Shown piece by piece: positions 18,487 through 27,296 of a stretch of 64,000 nucleotides of DNA (its first letter is position 1; each line of letters begins with the position of its first letter). The stretch is taken from NCBI GenBank assembly GCA_964372665.1, contig CAYJRE010000001.1, forward strand, positions 5,941 to 69,940. The letters run 5' to 3'. A model generated the notes under the pieces. The model saw only the letters and a program-made list of their open reading frames with translations, made no database searches and was not told the DNA's origin. This stretch comes from an uncultured archaeon. Lineage in GTDB: Archaea > Iainarchaeota > Iainarchaeia > Iainarchaeales > VGJJ01. The position numbers and the translations under genes were made by a program.

Positions 18487-18736
18487 GAAAAGTCGTTATA
18501 TAACGCGTTGGGAACCCCAAACCGCCGTAGGTTCCGCATCCTTTTTTTAGGTCAGGATTCATGGTTGCGGGATGCGGAAACAGTTTCCTTCACCTCGGCG
18601 TATCCGGTTAGCTGTTTCCCGGTGGATTCACCTCCAGATGAAACAGCGAATTTTCCATCGCCGGTGGAGGGGCGTATCGTTCCGAATCGAGGATGCGGGG
18701 GAATTTCGGGGAATTTTTCGCCCCGGGGAAAAGGTG

Positions 18737-19033
18737 ATGGAATTGCATTTTTTTTCGGCGGATCCTCGTTCGCTTGTGTTGTCGATGCGCGAGACCCTGG
18801 ACGCGATTCCGCGGTTGCGGGGGAAGGGATTCGTGGGTTTTTACGGCGACACCCCCAATGAGGCGATCATTCGGTTTTGGCGGCGTCACGGGGCGGAAAT
18901 CACGGAATCGCCCGCGCATTCGCGGCGTGCGGCGAGGCGTTTTTATGAGTCGATGATGAAGGAAGAGGGGTTCTCTCCCAAATACGCCGACACTGCTATT
19001 CGGAGAATCCTCTTTCGCTTTCCTGGAGCGTGA
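18737..19033 (+). CDS. hypothetical protein
   Basis: Internal Met of track ORF 18572..19033. Arg-rich. No motif. Confidence 0.3.
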   Translation: MELHFFSADPRSLVLSMRETLDAIPRLRGKGFVGFYGDTPNEAIIRFWRRHGAEITESPAHSRRAARRFYESMMKEEGFSPKYADTAIRRILFRFPGA

Positions 19034-19068
19034 AACGAGCGTATCAATCCTTGAATCAAGCGATGTTC

Positions 19069-19225
19069 ATTCGAACTTTTTAGAAAAAAGTTCGATCAAA
19101 AAGGTCTGATACCTCGCCCTTTAGGGCGACATTCGTCGCCCATTGTTTGGCGAGCGAGCACGCGAGCAAGTGTCGTTCATGCCCAATTGGATACCGTGGC
19201 CTTTAGGCCACGGAGGAGGTCATTC
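19069..19225. repeat. ~157-bp hairpin-rich repeat, family C, copy 1
   Basis: Identical to 30659..30816 as read by eye (no alignment was run). Contains hairpins TTCGAACTTTTTAGAAAAAAGTTCGA, CGCCCTTTAGGGCG and GTGGCCTTTAGGCCAC. Confidence 0.75.
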
Positions 19226-19648
19226 GTGTGTGCGCGGGGAAAGTTGGCGTACCAATTCTCCCACTTTTTTCTTGATTTGGTCTTTCGTCTCTTCCAACAC
19301 GTTCCCGTATCCGTGTTCCGGGTCGCGTATTTTCCAATAAATGGTTTTACCTGAATTTTCAACGAAATCCGGAACATTCTCTTTATCCGTCATCACCACT
19401 ATTTTGTCCGCGGCATGGACCATTTCTTTCGTGACCTGCTTCATTTTGTTTTTCGACAAATCGCATCCTTCTTTTTTCATCATTTCCACGATTCGGGAAG
19501 GGATTTTTTCTCCTTCGAAATACCCCACATGCGTCCCCGCGCTTGTGGCGGAATTGTTTTTGCTCATTTTGTTGAACAAGGCTTCCGCGATCTGCGAGCG
19601 CCGCATGTTCGCGCGACAGATGAACTGGATTTTTGTTTGCTGAGCCAT
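19220..19648 (-). CDS. low-molecular-weight protein-tyrosine phosphatase / ArsC-type arsenate reductase family
   Basis: CRANMRRSQ P-loop (CX5R-S) near the N-terminus. 142 aa. Confidence 0.7.
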   Translation of the reverse strand: MAQQTKIQFICRANMRRSQIAEALFNKMSKNNSATSAGTHVGYFEGEKIPSRIVEMMKKEGCDLSKNKMKQVTKEMVHAADKIVVMTDKENVPDFVENSGKTIYWKIRDPEHGYGNVLEETKDQIKKKVGELVRQLSPRTHE

Positions 19649-19649
19649 T

Positions 19650-20828
19650 TTAAATCAGCTTTCCCTTTCCGGTGCTCACAATTAGTACGCGTTTGCCTTT
19701 GGGGATATCTTTCTTGTGTTGCAATAGCCAAGCCAATCCGGCCAATGCCGAGGGTTCAAAGCGCATTCGCTGATTTAAGGCGATGTTGGCAGCGCGGAGG
19801 ATCCACTCGTCGTGTATCTCGTGGATGCCGGATTTTTCTCCTAACACACCGGCGCGTCTCATTTGGCTAATAACATGACTTTTTTGAGTTTGAGTTTCCT
19901 CTTTTACGGATTCAGGTAAGTGTGGAGCTGATAGCATGGAAGCGATGCTTCCGATAGGGGATGTGACCCCGATTAGGTTCACGCCTGATTGCAGCGTACG
20001 CGGATTTCGCAGACGTGGGTCTAATTGTCTGACTCGCTGGAGTTGATCGTAGTAATGCTCAAATAAATTATTGAATAACTGTCCAGAACCATATGGCACA
20101 ATGATGTAATCTGGTTTTGTGTTCAGTACTTCAAACGTCATCCAGTCATAGAATGTTCGGCCTAACTCGTTTGCCATTCTTCCCCGCGTTAAATCGATTC
20201 CATTCGGGTTGCGTGTCCGTTCAAGTATTTCGTCGGAAGTCAGCGCCCTTTTGGCTAAATCGGTTTCATATACATCCACATGATGTTTTCGAAGTTCGAC
20301 GATGATCTCTTCTGGGGTCCGGGTTGAAACCAAAATATGGGGTTTGGGTAATCCAAAAGCATGCATCATTTCTCCCAGTGCGATGGCAGCGTTCCCACTT
20401 GAAACCAACGAAACCGCCGGCAGTCGTCCATTGATTTTCCCTTCGGCTTTGGCTTCGAGCATTCTCCCGTACATGCGCGCGATTTCCCATGCCATTCGGT
20501 CTTTGTGAGTACCTGTGGGGTTGAGAGACTCATCCTTGACTAAGATTTCAACCCCTCGAAATTCAGGAAGCCTTAATCGTTTCGCTGGGGTTGCCGGAAA
20601 TTTGGGCCGTGCAGGTGGAAATTCAGGTCGCCGAGGGTTGAAATCGGAGTGGGTGCGTTGGACCCATTTGAGTAGTGCTCGCGCGCCTTCTTCATTGGGG
20701 GTAAGTTCGCCTTTGGGCCGTCCCATGGCTGCGCTTCGGTATCGTTCGAATCGGCGGAACTCCCGTGTCGTCATCCAAAAGGGTTTTGGTAGGGTTGCTC
20801 GACGTATTCTGCGGTGAATCGAAACCAT
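19650..20828 (-). CDS. PLP-dependent beta-family enzyme, threonine synthase-like
   Basis: ESLNPTGTHKDRMA contains the PLP-binding lysine in the tryptophan-synthase-beta / ThrC-type context. 392 aa. Confidence 0.6.
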   Translation of the reverse strand: MVSIHRRIRRATLPKPFWMTTREFRRFERYRSAAMGRPKGELTPNEEGARALLKWVQRTHSDFNPRRPEFPPARPKFPATPAKRLRLPEFRGVEILVKDESLNPTGTHKDRMAWEIARMYGRMLEAKAEGKINGRLPAVSLVSSGNAAIALGEMMHAFGLPKPHILVSTRTPEEIIVELRKHHVDVYETDLAKRALTSDEILERTRNPNGIDLTRGRMANELGRTFYDWMTFEVLNTKPDYIIVPYGSGQLFNNLFEHYYDQLQRVRQLDPRLRNPRTLQSGVNLIGVTSPIGSIASMLSAPHLPESVKEETQTQKSHVISQMRRAGVLGEKSGIHEIHDEWILRAANIALNQRMRFEPSALAGLAWLLQHKKDIPKGKRVLIVSTGKGKLI

Positions 20829-20857
20829 GGTTGGAATAATTCGTTGAGGTTAATAAG

Positions 20858-20981
20858 CCATTTTCACTGACACTCTCGCGTCCGAAGCCCCTGCCTTTCA
20901 GGCAAGGGTAAAGGCGTAGCCGTTTGTCAATCGCGCTTTCTCCAACGCCATTTCAACAGGAGCCCACGCCTTTAGGCGTGG
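20858..20981. mobile_element. MITE-like element, family A, copy 1 (~124 bp, imperfect TIR CTGACACTC...GAGTGTCAC)
   Basis: Near-identical (about one difference in ~124 bp) to 53067..53190. Internal hairpins CCCCTGCCTTTCAGGCAAGGG and CCCACGCCTTTAGGCGTGGG. Confidence 0.75.
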
Positions 20982-20991
20982 GAGTGTCACG

Positions 20992-22563
20992 TTACAGCAA
21001 GTCTTCCGTCTCTTTCCTGTTTTTCTCTTGGTTTTCTTCGAATTCGAGGCCGGCCTTTTCGAGGCTTCCTTCGTGCTTGGATGGTTGCGAGTAGCGTTGC
21101 CTGACTTTGAAGAACGTGGGAAAATTAACGGCTTCTCCCACAATCAACCCTTCTCCCACTTTCAAGGAGGTAATCATCTGCAGCGCATCGCTGGATATTC
21201 CTTCCGCGCTTTCCCCGATGTGTTTCAGGTCATTGGGGTTCGTGATGCGTAATAGAAAATGGGTGTTGCACTGTGAGAGTGTGGTCGTGTCCAAGTGCGT
21301 GGGTCGCTGGGACACGAGGCATAAGCTCACTCCGAATTTTCGTCCTTCGCGTGCGATCGTGCGCATGATGCTTTTGGTGGCGCTTTCTTCCTTGCTCGAG
21401 TATTGCGGAATGAAGTTGTGCGCTTCTTCCAAAATGATGGCGGTGGGGGGAGTTTTTTTTTCTCTTCGCGAGTAAAAGATGCGATGTGCCAAATATGCCA
21501 CAATCACTTGTTTTTTTTTCTGGTGTATGATGTCGCTTAAATCCACGATCGTTAGTGTTCCAGGTTGCACCAAATCCAAAATGGAAGGATTATCCGTTTT
21601 TCCGAAGAGTTCTAATTCGTCCAGTTCGTGCATCCAGCCGATGAGTGCTTGTATCGTGGAATCTTTCATTTTTTCTTTTTCCATTCCGGATTCGAGCAAG
21701 TGTTGTTTGATATCGTTCAAATCATAGGGTCCGTGTCCCTCTCTCATTTTGTTTTTCAGTGTGGTAATGATTTTGGCTAATTCCCTTCGCTGGGGTGCGG
21801 AAGAGTGGGGGAGTAATGCCCCGAACATCGCGCTTGTTATTTTGGGCACACCAATACGCAAATCGCGTGCCCGGATTAAGCGTGTTTTTCCGGAGAAGTC
21901 CTTGTATTTGTCGTTTGCGGGGGGCTCGGCAAAGCTCGTGTATTCTCCGTGCACATCGAATACGACGATTCCGATTCTGCCGTTTTTTTTTTGGCGTTGC
22001 AATAGTTCTTCGATTAAGCAGGAAATAAAATAGGATTTTCCCGTGCCGGACATTGCGAGGGTCGCGCAATGCTTTTGCAGCAATCGCGTCATATTCAGTT
22101 TTACTTTCACGGGATGGAATTCCAGTTCCCCCAATTCCAGTCCTTTTTCTTCGTCAAACCCGAGGAATTGGATGATGTGTTCGGGTTTGGCGTTCAATAC
22201 TTTGCTTCCTGGGGAAGGGGGAAACGTGGTTCGTTTGATTTTGTTTTCATCCGCGAATATTCCAAGCGGATTGGTTTGTGCGAGCGTGTATTCCCAGTCA
22301 TTCACGGGGAATTGTTCGAACAATTTCGTCCCTTGCGCTTCGAACTCTTTCACCGCGTCCGCGCGCTCAAAATACTTGTTTGTTTTGAGCACATTCGTGA
22401 CCATCCCGATGAGCGTTCCTTCTCCATACGGTATTTCCACGAATTGCCCGCGATGCACTTTTCCGTTGGTGATAACGAAATCCACTTGGGTGGGGGAGGG
22501 TCCTTCGGGATTCGAGACAACTGTTCCAATTTCCACTTCTTTTTCAGGCATATCGTTTATCAC
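20992..22563 (-). CDS. herA: HerA helicase (FtsK/HerA-family ATPase)
   Basis: Walker A ATLAMSGTGKS, Walker B and HerA architecture. Directly downstream of nurA. Confidence 0.8.
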   Translation of the reverse strand: MINDMPEKEVEIGTVVSNPEGPSPTQVDFVITNGKVHRGQFVEIPYGEGTLIGMVTNVLKTNKYFERADAVKEFEAQGTKLFEQFPVNDWEYTLAQTNPLGIFADENKIKRTTFPPSPGSKVLNAKPEHIIQFLGFDEEKGLELGELEFHPVKVKLNMTRLLQKHCATLAMSGTGKSYFISCLIEELLQRQKKNGRIGIVVFDVHGEYTSFAEPPANDKYKDFSGKTRLIRARDLRIGVPKITSAMFGALLPHSSAPQRRELAKIITTLKNKMREGHGPYDLNDIKQHLLESGMEKEKMKDSTIQALIGWMHELDELELFGKTDNPSILDLVQPGTLTIVDLSDIIHQKKKQVIVAYLAHRIFYSRREKKTPPTAIILEEAHNFIPQYSSKEESATKSIMRTIAREGRKFGVSLCLVSQRPTHLDTTTLSQCNTHFLLRITNPNDLKHIGESAEGISSDALQMITSLKVGEGLIVGEAVNFPTFFKVRQRYSQPSKHEGSLEKAGLEFEENQEKNRKETEDLL

Positions 22564-22615
22564 TCATGTTTTGTATTGTTTTAAGGGTTTGTTTGGGAGG
22601 GGTTTCATTTGTGGA

Positions 22616-23758
22616 TTAGAACGGTCTCCGATTCCTTCTCCGCAAGTGGACGCTGTGTCTCCCTATCTTGGAGAATATTTTGTCCGCGACAAGCTCGACT
22701 TCTTCCTGTTTCAGTCCCGCACGCAGGTCTGCTTCGATGAGCACGGAGGGGAAGGCATACTCCTTGTGCAAGTTGCTTTGCGCGTACGCGTACTTGCTTG
22801 CAGTATTCGCATTTTCTGAAATGTTTTTTCGATCCGAAAGGAATTCGATGCGTAGGGGATAATCCCATTGCGAGGGTTTCAAATAGCACGCGTGGATTTT
22901 GGTTGCCCATTCGGAAGGAAAATCCGCTAGGATGGGGTGTTTTCCTGGGTTTTCCGCGTATGGAAAGGCCATGCTGCGTTCTCCCGCGCTCAGCACGTTG
23001 TCCAATAATGGGGCGTCGTGCAATACCTCCTTTTTTTCTTTGTATTCCAGCACGTTTTCATGAATCCATTCGCTCAATCGTGTGGAGCGACTGTCTTCAA
23101 TCGCCCCAATCAGCAGGCAATCGTTTTTTTCGGCCGTTTTGTACAATTGTACAAACTCCTGAATCGTTTTTTCGTATTCTTTTTTGAGTTTGGAGTCGTT
23201 GCTCGGTTTGTCCATGGGGTGTAAGATTAGGCTCCCGTCCAAGAATAGGGCTGTTGGTTTTGTTTTTTGGATTAGCTCTATGGCATTTTGGGTTTCCGCT
23301 TGTAGGCGTGTGAGGGAAACGAATTTGTGGAACTCTTCGCGTTCCAATCCGCTCGTGTTCACAATGGGATCCGGCAGGGAAAAGCTCTCGGGGACATACT
23401 GTGTTTTCACCATTTTTCCTTTTTCGTATGTGAAGCAAACGCCGCACGAGCGGAGCATCATCAAGTCGAGTGCATAAAAGCTCTGGGAAACGAATCCAGA
23501 GTCGACTCCGGCTATTTTTTCGTTGAGCACGTGTTTTTGGATGGGGCATGAGAGCTTTTTTTCTTTCATTTCTCCATTTCCATTGTTCGCGAATTCTTTT
23601 CCGGCTTTCTCTCGGATGGCTTTCCCCATCTGGAGGTGCCTTTTCTGCGTGTTCTGGATGTGAGAAACCACATTCTCGAGTAATTGGAGGAAACCCATGC
23701 TTTCCTCATTGTTTTTGGGGGGTTTAAAACCCAACCGACGGGTCTCCGCCGCATTCAC
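22616..23758 (-). CDS. nurA: NurA 5'-3' nuclease
   Basis: IAGVDSG, ALFLDGSL and LIGAIEDS are NurA-type catalytic Asp/Glu motifs. Operon with herA. Confidence 0.7.
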   Translation of the reverse strand: MNAAETRRLGFKPPKNNEESMGFLQLLENVVSHIQNTQKRHLQMGKAIREKAGKEFANNGNGEMKEKKLSCPIQKHVLNEKIAGVDSGFVSQSFYALDLMMLRSCGVCFTYEKGKMVKTQYVPESFSLPDPIVNTSGLEREEFHKFVSLTRLQAETQNAIELIQKTKPTALFLDGSLILHPMDKPSNDSKLKKEYEKTIQEFVQLYKTAEKNDCLLIGAIEDSRSTRLSEWIHENVLEYKEKKEVLHDAPLLDNVLSAGERSMAFPYAENPGKHPILADFPSEWATKIHACYLKPSQWDYPLRIEFLSDRKNISENANTASKYAYAQSNLHKEYAFPSVLIEADLRAGLKQEEVELVADKIFSKIGRHSVHLRRRNRRPF

Positions 23759-23823
23759 ACAGCCTTAAATATGGAAAACGCATAATTCTCTCATTCAAAA
23801 ATTTTTTTGGGGATTGATTCGGT

Positions 23824-24213
23824 ATGGAAGCCATTATTGAGGTCGAAGAGTTGCGTCAGGACTGGAAGCCTCCTTTTGCCAAGAAGAGGGAAACCAAGTC
23901 TTTTACGTTGAAAGAGGGGGAAACGTTTGAAACCCTGCGGGATGGGGCTCCTTTATTCACGCTTCAATCGATTCAGGGGGACAAAGTACTGGTCCAATAT
24001 AGCCGTCATTATTCGTTGAAAGGGTTCGAGCACCCTACTGAAAGAAAGATTTGGTTGAACATTCATGACCCCAAGAAATTTTCCTCGTTGTGGGAGGATA
24101 ACGGGGTGACTAAAACGGTTACATTGAGGCAAGTCAATGGCGTTCATTCCGACCCTGCCCAATCACCGGAAAACAGAGACGTGACCGAAAACACTGAAAT
24201 CTATCGTCCCTAG
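23824..24213 (+). CDS. hypothetical protein
   Basis: 129-aa ORF with no motif. Confidence 0.35.
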   Translation: MEAIIEVEELRQDWKPPFAKKRETKSFTLKEGETFETLRDGAPLFTLQSIQGDKVLVQYSRHYSLKGFEHPTERKIWLNIHDPKKFSSLWEDNGVTKTVTLRQVNGVHSDPAQSPENRDVTENTEIYRP

Positions 24214-24597
24214 TGCTCAGCTTTAAGCAACTGTTTATTATTCATCATTCGGTCTTTATCGGCATGTATATGGCTTCTCGTCATTCTCGACTAGGGGGGC
24301 GTCGTCTTCTTTCTCCTGAGAATGTGGCTCGCACTCGATTCAGTTTGACGCAACATATTCGTGCGATTAGTCGCTCGGGATTGAAAGCAAGGGATGCGCA
24401 GCAAGCGAGAGAAAAGTCGCTCACCCTCGCAGACTGTTTTAAGGGAATATTAACGCGCTCCAGTCGTTCGCTTTCCCCTGAAAGGAAAAAAATCTACTGC
24501 ACTATTTCGAAAATTTTCGTCTCAGGTCAGAGCAGTTCGTTCGGCTTATGCGCGTACCCAACAAGCTAGCGAGGGAAAGTCGGAATATGCGGCCCAA

Positions 24598-25386
24598 TTG
24601 GTTTTTGCCCAATTTGAAAACAATGTTGTTTCGGAATTTGGCCCAGCAAGGGGGAGAAAATTGTTGGAAATTTGTTATTTTGATAAGTGGCTCGAGCGTT
24701 GGTATGCGAATCCTTCCCCCGACAAAAGCTTTTTCGTGAGCGCCCGAGAAATACTCGAAGTGCTTCATCGGAATAGGCGTCTGATTGGAAAAATCCTCAA
24801 GCGGTATCACGTGCCAGAAGAGAAATGGCAGTATTACTTGGATGAGATTCCATTAATGATGCTTAAGGATATGAAAACATACAATCCAGAAAAGGGGCGA
24901 TCTCTCACCTCTTACATTTACGAGCGGTCCCTCTTTCAATTTTTTGCTCTCCATCGGAGAGAGCGGCGGTCCAGAGAAACGGTTATTCGTGCCACACGCG
25001 TGGAAGAGGATATGAGCGTCCGTGAAGATGTGGTAACCCCTTCCATCGCCGAATTGGTGTCGAGTGCTCGCGATAGTCGACGAGTCCGTCGTGTTTTACT
25101 AGCGCTTCCAGAGCGAGAGCAATTAATCATACGGAGGATTTACTACGATGACCTCGATAACGTCACTGAAACTCCCACGCCCGAAGCCCCTGCCTTGAAG
25201 GCAGGGGTAAAGGCGTCGCAATGATTATTGCGTTTTTTCAAAGCAATCCCGGAAGAAGCCCACGCCTTTAGGCGTGGGAGTTTCACACTCTCACGGGAAA
25301 TGGGTATATCCCGTGAGCGCGTTCGGCAACTTCGAAATAACGCGGAACACCATTTTTTGGAAGCGTGGCGTAGGCAACAAGAGTAG
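24598..25386 (+). pseudogene. sigma-70-family (ECF-like) factor gene interrupted by MITE B1. Region 2-like and 4-like blocks are both present.
   Basis: YNPEKGRSLTSYIYERSLFQFF resembles sigma region 2.2-2.3, and LPEREQLIIRRIYYDDL resembles region 4.1. The ORF stops at a TGA inside the repeat (25224). In the same frame, 3' of the repeat, comes MGISRERVRQLRNNAEHHFLEAWRRQQE*, a region 4.2-like HTH, ending at 25386. Confidence 0.55.
25164..25286. mobile_element. MITE-like element, family B, copy 1 (~123 bp, TIR CTGAAACTCCCACGCC...GGCGTGGGAGTTTCAC)
   Basis: Identical to 55532..55654 as read by eye (no alignment was run). Related to family A through the shared core CCCGAAGCCCCTGCCTT-AAGGCAGGGGTAAAGGCGT...CCCACGCCTTTAGGCGTGGG. 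Confidence 0.75.
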
Positions 25387-25439
25387 CGTCTTTCGACTTG
25401 GCTCACTATTTTATAGGCGCTGTTGTTCCAGTTATCCCT

Positions 25440-25793
25440 ATGGTTTACACGCAAGTCATCGTGGTTCGCAAAGATTTGGACATGAAGAAAGGAAAAATAG
25501 GGGCCCAGTGCGCGCACGCTTCTCTTTCTTCTTTTTTGAAATCGCAAGAAAAAAAGTGGGGTTCGGGTTGGCAGGAGTGGTTGGATGAGGGCATGCAAAA
25601 AATAGTTTTGAAAGCCAAAGATGAGAATGAGCTCCTGCAGCTCTATAACGAAATCAAAAACAAATTTCCGTGCACACTCATTACCGATGCGGGCCACACG
25701 CAGGTTTCTCCCGGAACCAAAACGTGCATCGGCATCGGTCCAGCGAAGGAAAGCGAATTGAAGAAATACACGGGTCATTTAAAGCTGCTGTAG
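25440..25793 (+). CDS. pth2: peptidyl-tRNA hydrolase, archaeal type (Pth2)
   Basis: KMKKGKIGAQCAHA and downstream Pth2 pattern. Internal Met of track ORF 25398..25793. Confidence 0.75.
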   Translation: MVYTQVIVVRKDLDMKKGKIGAQCAHASLSSFLKSQEKKWGSGWQEWLDEGMQKIVLKAKDENELLQLYNEIKNKFPCTLITDAGHTQVSPGTKTCIGIGPAKESELKKYTGHLKLL

Positions 25794-25799
25794 CAAATC

Positions 25800-26570
25800 T
25801 TGCTTGCTATGTCCTCCTTTGCTCGTCATGCTTTTTCTGCCATCAATGAAGCCAATTTGGTTTTGGAAGTGGTGGATGCTCGTTTTGCTTCCGAGATGCG
25901 GAACGAGGATTTGGAAGCGATGTTGTTAGCCAAAAAAATCCCGTTTATTTTGGTGTTGAATAAAATGGATTTGGTGCGCAATAGAAATCTCGAGTGGGGG
26001 GAAGTAAAAGGAGAGAGAATCCCCATTGTTTCTATTTCGTGCACTCCTAAGAAAAATATTAATCGGTTGCGCGGCCTCATTTTTTCCAAGCTGAAAGAGG
26101 GGGGAAAGATTGCGGTGGTGGGGTACCCGAATACGGGGAAGTCCTCGGTGATTAATGCGTTGGCGGGGAGGCACGCCACTCCCACTTCCAAGCAAGCCGG
26201 CTTCACGCGGGGACGATCATTAATCCGTTTGAAGGAAGACGTGTATGTGATTGATACTCCGGGCATTTTTCCGTATGATGAGCATAATCATTTCAATCTC
26301 CTTTTGTTTAACGCCAAGTCCCCCAACCAGTTAAAAGATGTTGAAATCCTCGCCATGCAATTGTTGGAGTGGCTGCCTCTGCAGAAGGTTTGGAAGGACT
26401 GGGTTTTCCGTACCTATGGGATTTCGTTGAGCGGGGATGGCGAGGAACAATTGGGGCAGTTGGCCTTGCATTTGAATGTTCGCAAGAAAGGGGGGTTGCC
26501 GGACGTGCATACGATGTCCATCCGTTTGATTCATGATTGGCAATCCGGTTTGAAAAGCAAGAAAGGGTAA
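25800..26570 (+). CDS. circularly permuted GTPase (YlqF/RbgA/Nug1-like ribosome-biogenesis GTPase)
   Basis: G4 LNKMDL precedes G1 GYPNTGKSS and G3 DTPG, which is the cpGTPase order. Confidence 0.65.
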   Translation: MLAMSSFARHAFSAINEANLVLEVVDARFASEMRNEDLEAMLLAKKIPFILVLNKMDLVRNRNLEWGEVKGERIPIVSISCTPKKNINRLRGLIFSKLKEGGKIAVVGYPNTGKSSVINALAGRHATPTSKQAGFTRGRSLIRLKEDVYVIDTPGIFPYDEHNHFNLLLFNAKSPNQLKDVEILAMQLLEWLPLQKVWKDWVFRTYGISLSGDGEEQLGQLALHLNVRKKGGLPDVHTMSIRLIHDWQSGLKSKKG

Positions 26571-26597
26571 TAAACTCAACTCTTTTTCTCTTTTTTC

Positions 26598-27296
26598 ATG
26601 TTGGAGCCTCGTCGCGAGAAGGCATTGCGTGCCATGGTGGGCGTCTTGTTTGTTTTTGGGAGTGCGTTGATTTATTTTCTCTTCTTTAATTCCGGGTTGG
26701 AACTTTACCAGCATCCTACGTTGCCAGACGAGAAAGTGATTGTTTCCAATGTTTCGGTGCATGCGATTCGCGACATCGTGGTTTCCTACGTGAAGAACAA
26801 CGAGAAGGTTGATTTTTTTCGAATATCTGTGTTGGCTCCCGGTCAGCTAGAAGAGGTTTCCCTTTCCCCCGAGTTTGTTTGGGGTGCCAAATTCGTTATC
26901 CAGGCTTCAGCCCCTTTTCATTTGGGAAAGCAGATCGTGATGGATGCCCGGAGGTGGGATCCTGCTCGCGCCAACCTGACTTTCTCATTCAGGTATCCGG
27001 AGAAAGGGTTTGTGGGCAATCCGGTGGAGAGCGTAATCGAAGCCTGTAATCAAGATAATTTTTTGATTCAATTGGTGGCCGATGTCCAGATTGAGGATTC
27101 TTCTTTTGCGAATAATCCTCCTTCCCAAGAGTGGGTTGTTCCTCCTTTTTCGTGCCAATCGGTGAGCATTTCGTTTGTTCCAAAGCAGGCGAGTTCGACC
27201 CTCTCATTTAAAATACGCGTCTTTACTCCATCGAGCGTGATTTCGGAGAGAACCTTTTCCATTCCGATTCAAAATGCGAGTGAGGGGGGTGAGTGA
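26598..27296 (+). CDS. membrane-anchored extracytoplasmic protein (hypothetical)
   Basis: N-terminal TM helix followed by a ~200-aa domain. 4-nt overlap with the next gene. Confidence 0.4.
   Translation: MLEPRREKALRAMVGVLFVFGSALIYFLFFNSGLELYQHPTLPDEKVIVSNVSVHAIRDIVVSYVKNNEKVDFFRISVLAPGQLEEVSLSPEFVWGAKFVIQASAPFHLGKQIVMDARRWDPARANLTFSFRYPEKGFVGNPVESVIEACNQDNFLIQLVADVQIEDSSFANNPPSQEWVVPPFSCQSVSISFVPKQASSTLSFKIRVFTPSSVISERTFSIPIQNASEGGE

Noticed and set aside
20898-21143. Track ORFs translating MITE sequence (…PRLKAWAPVEMALEKARLTNGYAFTLA; also 55484..55693 and 25143..25778)
   Set aside because: Identical peptides arise from each copy of the non-coding repeat on the minus strand. They are artefacts of translating the TIR element.
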